A stretch of 64,000 nt of DNA from Azolla caroliniana. Its lineage: Eukaryota; Plantae; Polypodiophyta. The notes under the pieces are model-generated. The model worked only from the letters and a program-made list of their open reading frames with translations, was not told the DNA's origin and ran no database searches. The translations under genes and the position numbers were made by a program. Below are positions 61,100-64,000 of the stretch, piece after piece; positions within the stretch are counted from its first letter, which is position 1; each line of letters opens with the position of its first letter. Where the stretch lies: NCBI GenBank assembly GCA_043228905.1, contig JBHGNT010000002.1, forward strand, positions 25,544,001 through 25,608,000. The letters are read 5' to 3'.

Positions 61100-64000
61100 T
61101 GTGTGCATCATGTTGCTTGACTTTGGTCTTCGAGCCTATAAGGGATGTTGGTGGGATACCAACAATTTCTGATATATTTCACGTGTCTTGGATTTTTGCA
61201 ATCTTCGAAGTCCCAAGCCACTCCGCCTTCTTAGGAAGGAGACACATCTCAAGAGAATACGTGAGCTTAGGTGCCATGGGTCAATATTGGGCTCGCTATG
61301 GGCGCTAAAAAAGACATAATGTAATCTGCTAAACCGATGTGGGGGGTGCGAAGGGCTTCGAAAGAAGCTAGAGGTTTAAGAGGGTTAATGGGGTACAATA
61401 TACCATAACCCTGAGGTTTAACCAAATTACAAGAATACCCCCTCCACCACTTCTTAAGTTCGTTAGGTTTAGCACATAGAGAGAGAGAGAAAGAGCTATT
61501 AATAGAGTTACCCCTAAGGTTTAAGTAAATTACGAGAATGCCCCTAAGGTTGGTTGACACAGAATCTTGCTAGTGCCGATCCAGAGAAAGAAAGAAAGAA
61601 AGAAAGATATATTAACGTCTTCTAAGGCCAATTTTGGCCCATGAGACAATTGGCTTACAACAAAAGAGTATTTATCCAGTCATCATAACTAAAATAAAAT
61701 TAAGTAAAAAATAGAACTTAAACTAAAAGAGTTCTAGTAGTGTACAATATGTAGTATACTCGAAAGTGACTATACACTAAGCCTAATTTTATTTCCACCC
61801 AAGCCTCTCGAAAAGAAGTGGGGGGTCAAAGGGTCTTGATGTGGGTTCCAATGTAGAGAGTGCCCTAGCCATGGCTTCTAGGCGGTGTAGCTCACGTTCC
61901 CTTATTTTCAATATTGCTTCCACATCACGTCGAGTTGCTTTGAAACCCGGCACCCGAGGACGTCTGGTTCTTCTCTGGTTTTCTGCCTCATCAATGGAAA
62001 GGCCGGGTGGTGCAAGTGTGTCAGCATTCGTTCTCTCCTCAGGTTCCTGAAAAACTTCATTTGTTACATGTTCATGATCATTAGCAACATTATTGTCAAC
62101 ATTTTGTAACTTATTCTCTCTGTGTTGTTTTAGCTCTAGAATGTATTTGCCTAATTTCTTTATATCTAGAGTATCTAATAGTTTGGGGAGGGTGGGAGAC
62201 GGACCAAGTATGTCTTGGTATTTTGCCCTTATCTCGGCATAGGTTGGACACTTGCATGTAAAGTGGTACTCATCCTCTATCTCTATGTGACATAACCTAC
62301 ATATCCTTTCCTCCCTAGGGACTCCACTAGTACGGCCATTTTCAATCTCAAGTTGGTGAGATGATATTCTAAGTTGTCCAATGGCAACCCTTAGTGCATG
62401 TGGTAAGAATACATCTAGATATTTTGGCCGTGTGATAAAACCTAACTCAGAGAAGTGCATGAAGTGTTTCTTATAGTACGACATTTTAGATGGGAGTGGC
62501 TCTAGTGGGGTGATCCATTTACATCGAGTGTAAATTTGCCATATTTCTTGGCGTATTACTTTATTGCGGTCCTCATGAGAGATTAAGGTGTTATCACTCG
62601 TGTGGTTGTACCTAAGGGGAGGTAGGTTATTAATGTCTAGACCATTCGCAAGAAGCCAACTCACCATCATGCCATACCATGAGCTAGTATAGCCGGACTC
62701 ATTCAATGATCGAGAGGCCTTAAAGGCTTGATGAGATATTCTATCATGTGGTTGGCTATGTATCCTATCAATGAAGACTACAAGTTGAAAAAGTGCCTCT
62801 ACTAGCATTGGGGGTAACGTGAACTCGGCCCTAATAATGACATGTGGTACAGTCGATTTGCTTCGGAGTTGGCGTGATAGCATCATCACCAATGGTCTCT
62901 TTAATTGCGTCCACATGAAAGATGGTAATCCTGGAGCCCAAACCGCTGATGCATACATGAGGGAGGGGGTCACTAATGAGTCAAAGAGCCACCCTTTAGT
63001 CCGTGGCTCTTGAAAGTGTGCTTGGTGGCATTGTCTCTCTAGGAGTGAGAGGGATGCATGTCCTCTCGTGAGTCTATCCTTCGCTGCATGTGTCATCGAA
63101 AATTTACCTGAGCGGGCACTAAAAGTGACTCCGAGATAGACGTATGATCCAACCACCTCGACTGGGCTATGGGAGATAGTTAGGTGACACTTAGCTCTAA
63201 CTTGGGCCGATGTGTGGAAGATAAGGACTTTTCCCTAGATTCACTACCAATCCTCGTTGTACACAAAAGTCATCTAAGGCATTAAGGTGCCTCTGTAGGT
63301 CATGTTTGGATTCAGAGAGCAAAACTATGACATCCGCATAGAGCAAGATACGAACCTGCGTATCCCCAAGGACCACTCCGGTGCCTCCCTCACGAGCAAT
63401 AAAATCTGTGATCTCATCAATGTAGATTCCAAAAAGTGTCGGTGATAGGGGGCAACCTTGTTTTACACCAATAGTGCTAGTGAAACGATTAGATAGGCCA
63501 CCTGGGCATCGGACACACCCGGACACTTGTTCATATAGTGCGTAGATGGCCCATACCATATCATCTGGTATCCTCAAGCTTTTAAGTCTATTAAACAACC
63601 AACCGCTCTCTAGGGACTGTGTCACCCAAAACCCAAAACCCAAAACTCCTAAACCCTAAACCCTAAACCCTCTCTAGGGACTGTGTCAAAGGCTTTGCGG
63701 AAGTCCACAAAACGACAAGAGACAGAGACAGACAAACAAACAGACACAGAGACAGACAGACAAACAGACACAGAGTACGCCATGGAAGCTTCCCCGTATG
63801 GTGATTATGCGGAGGTCCTCCGTGGCTCCGAAGCTCTCGTGCAGTCCGTGATGTCTTTGTGGGATTCCTCGCACGACTCTTTCCATGCTTTCCGAGTTCG
63901 AGACCTCGCTTTGTCTCTCGCTGCTGAAGAAGGATTGTCTACAGACCAGAAGAAAATCGTAGGACATTTCTCTGTCTCTGCACCCGCTGATTTTGGTTCC
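61100..64000. mobile_element. Possible LTR-like sequence (61100-61583 and 63718-64000) interrupted by the LINE
   Basis: Both flanks are GC-richer, CpG-containing and non-coding, with a TATA-like CTATTAATAG on the left. A possible short AGAGA duplication lies at both LINE junctions. No second LTR or PBS is visible in the window. Confidence 0.3.
61586..63717 (-). mobile_element. 5'-truncated RTE-like LINE (RT plus C-terminal CCHC), recent but disabled
   Basis: FVDFRKAFDTVPR, GVKQGCPLSPTLFG, LLYADV (YADD mutated), YVYLGV and CRLC...DEYHFTCKC. A (TTTC)5 3' tail lies at 61586-61606. There is a frameshift near 63230 and an insertion at 63625-63669. Confidence 0.92.

Noticed and set aside
63686-63967. 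93-aa minus-strand ORF as a LINE ORF1 or N-terminus
   Set aside because: It is out of frame with the RT motif, partly microsatellite-derived and shows no endonuclease motifs. More likely it is flanking sequence.

Overview
Eukaryotic, AT-rich plant nuclear DNA with GT-AG introns, CT/GAA microsatellites and telo-boxes. A seed-free vascular plant such as a fern is my inference and is not proven. I reconstructed eight protein-coding genes by hand: a VQ-motif protein with a QN/HN repeat (-), a PME31-like pectin methylesterase without signal peptide (-, 6 exons), an At2g33490-like BAR-domain protein (+, 10 exons), an FBL10-like F-box/LRR protein (+, 4 exons), an RBM34/Nop12-like RRM protein (+, 6 exons), a POT peptide transporter of the PepT1/SLC15 type (-, 4 coding exons), a Miro mitochondrial Rho GTPase (-, 14 exons) and a single-domain Euonymus (EUL) lectin (-, 3 exons, mostly missed by the ORF track). 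Mobile DNA includes a Mutator-type MITE with a 9-bp TSD, a 1.5-kb non-autonomous hAT element with an 8-bp TSD, a recent but disabled RTE-like LINE, and older LINE remnants. The most notable observations are the PepT1-like transporter, an in-register telomeric-repeat insertion with a 19-bp duplication inside the LINE RT, a convergent double tRNA/B-box element found at two gene promoters, a divergent EUL lectin with a His insertion, and a GC-AG intron just before the Miro membrane anchor. All family assignments come from recalled motifs, not database searches. I found no clear multi-gene novel system.
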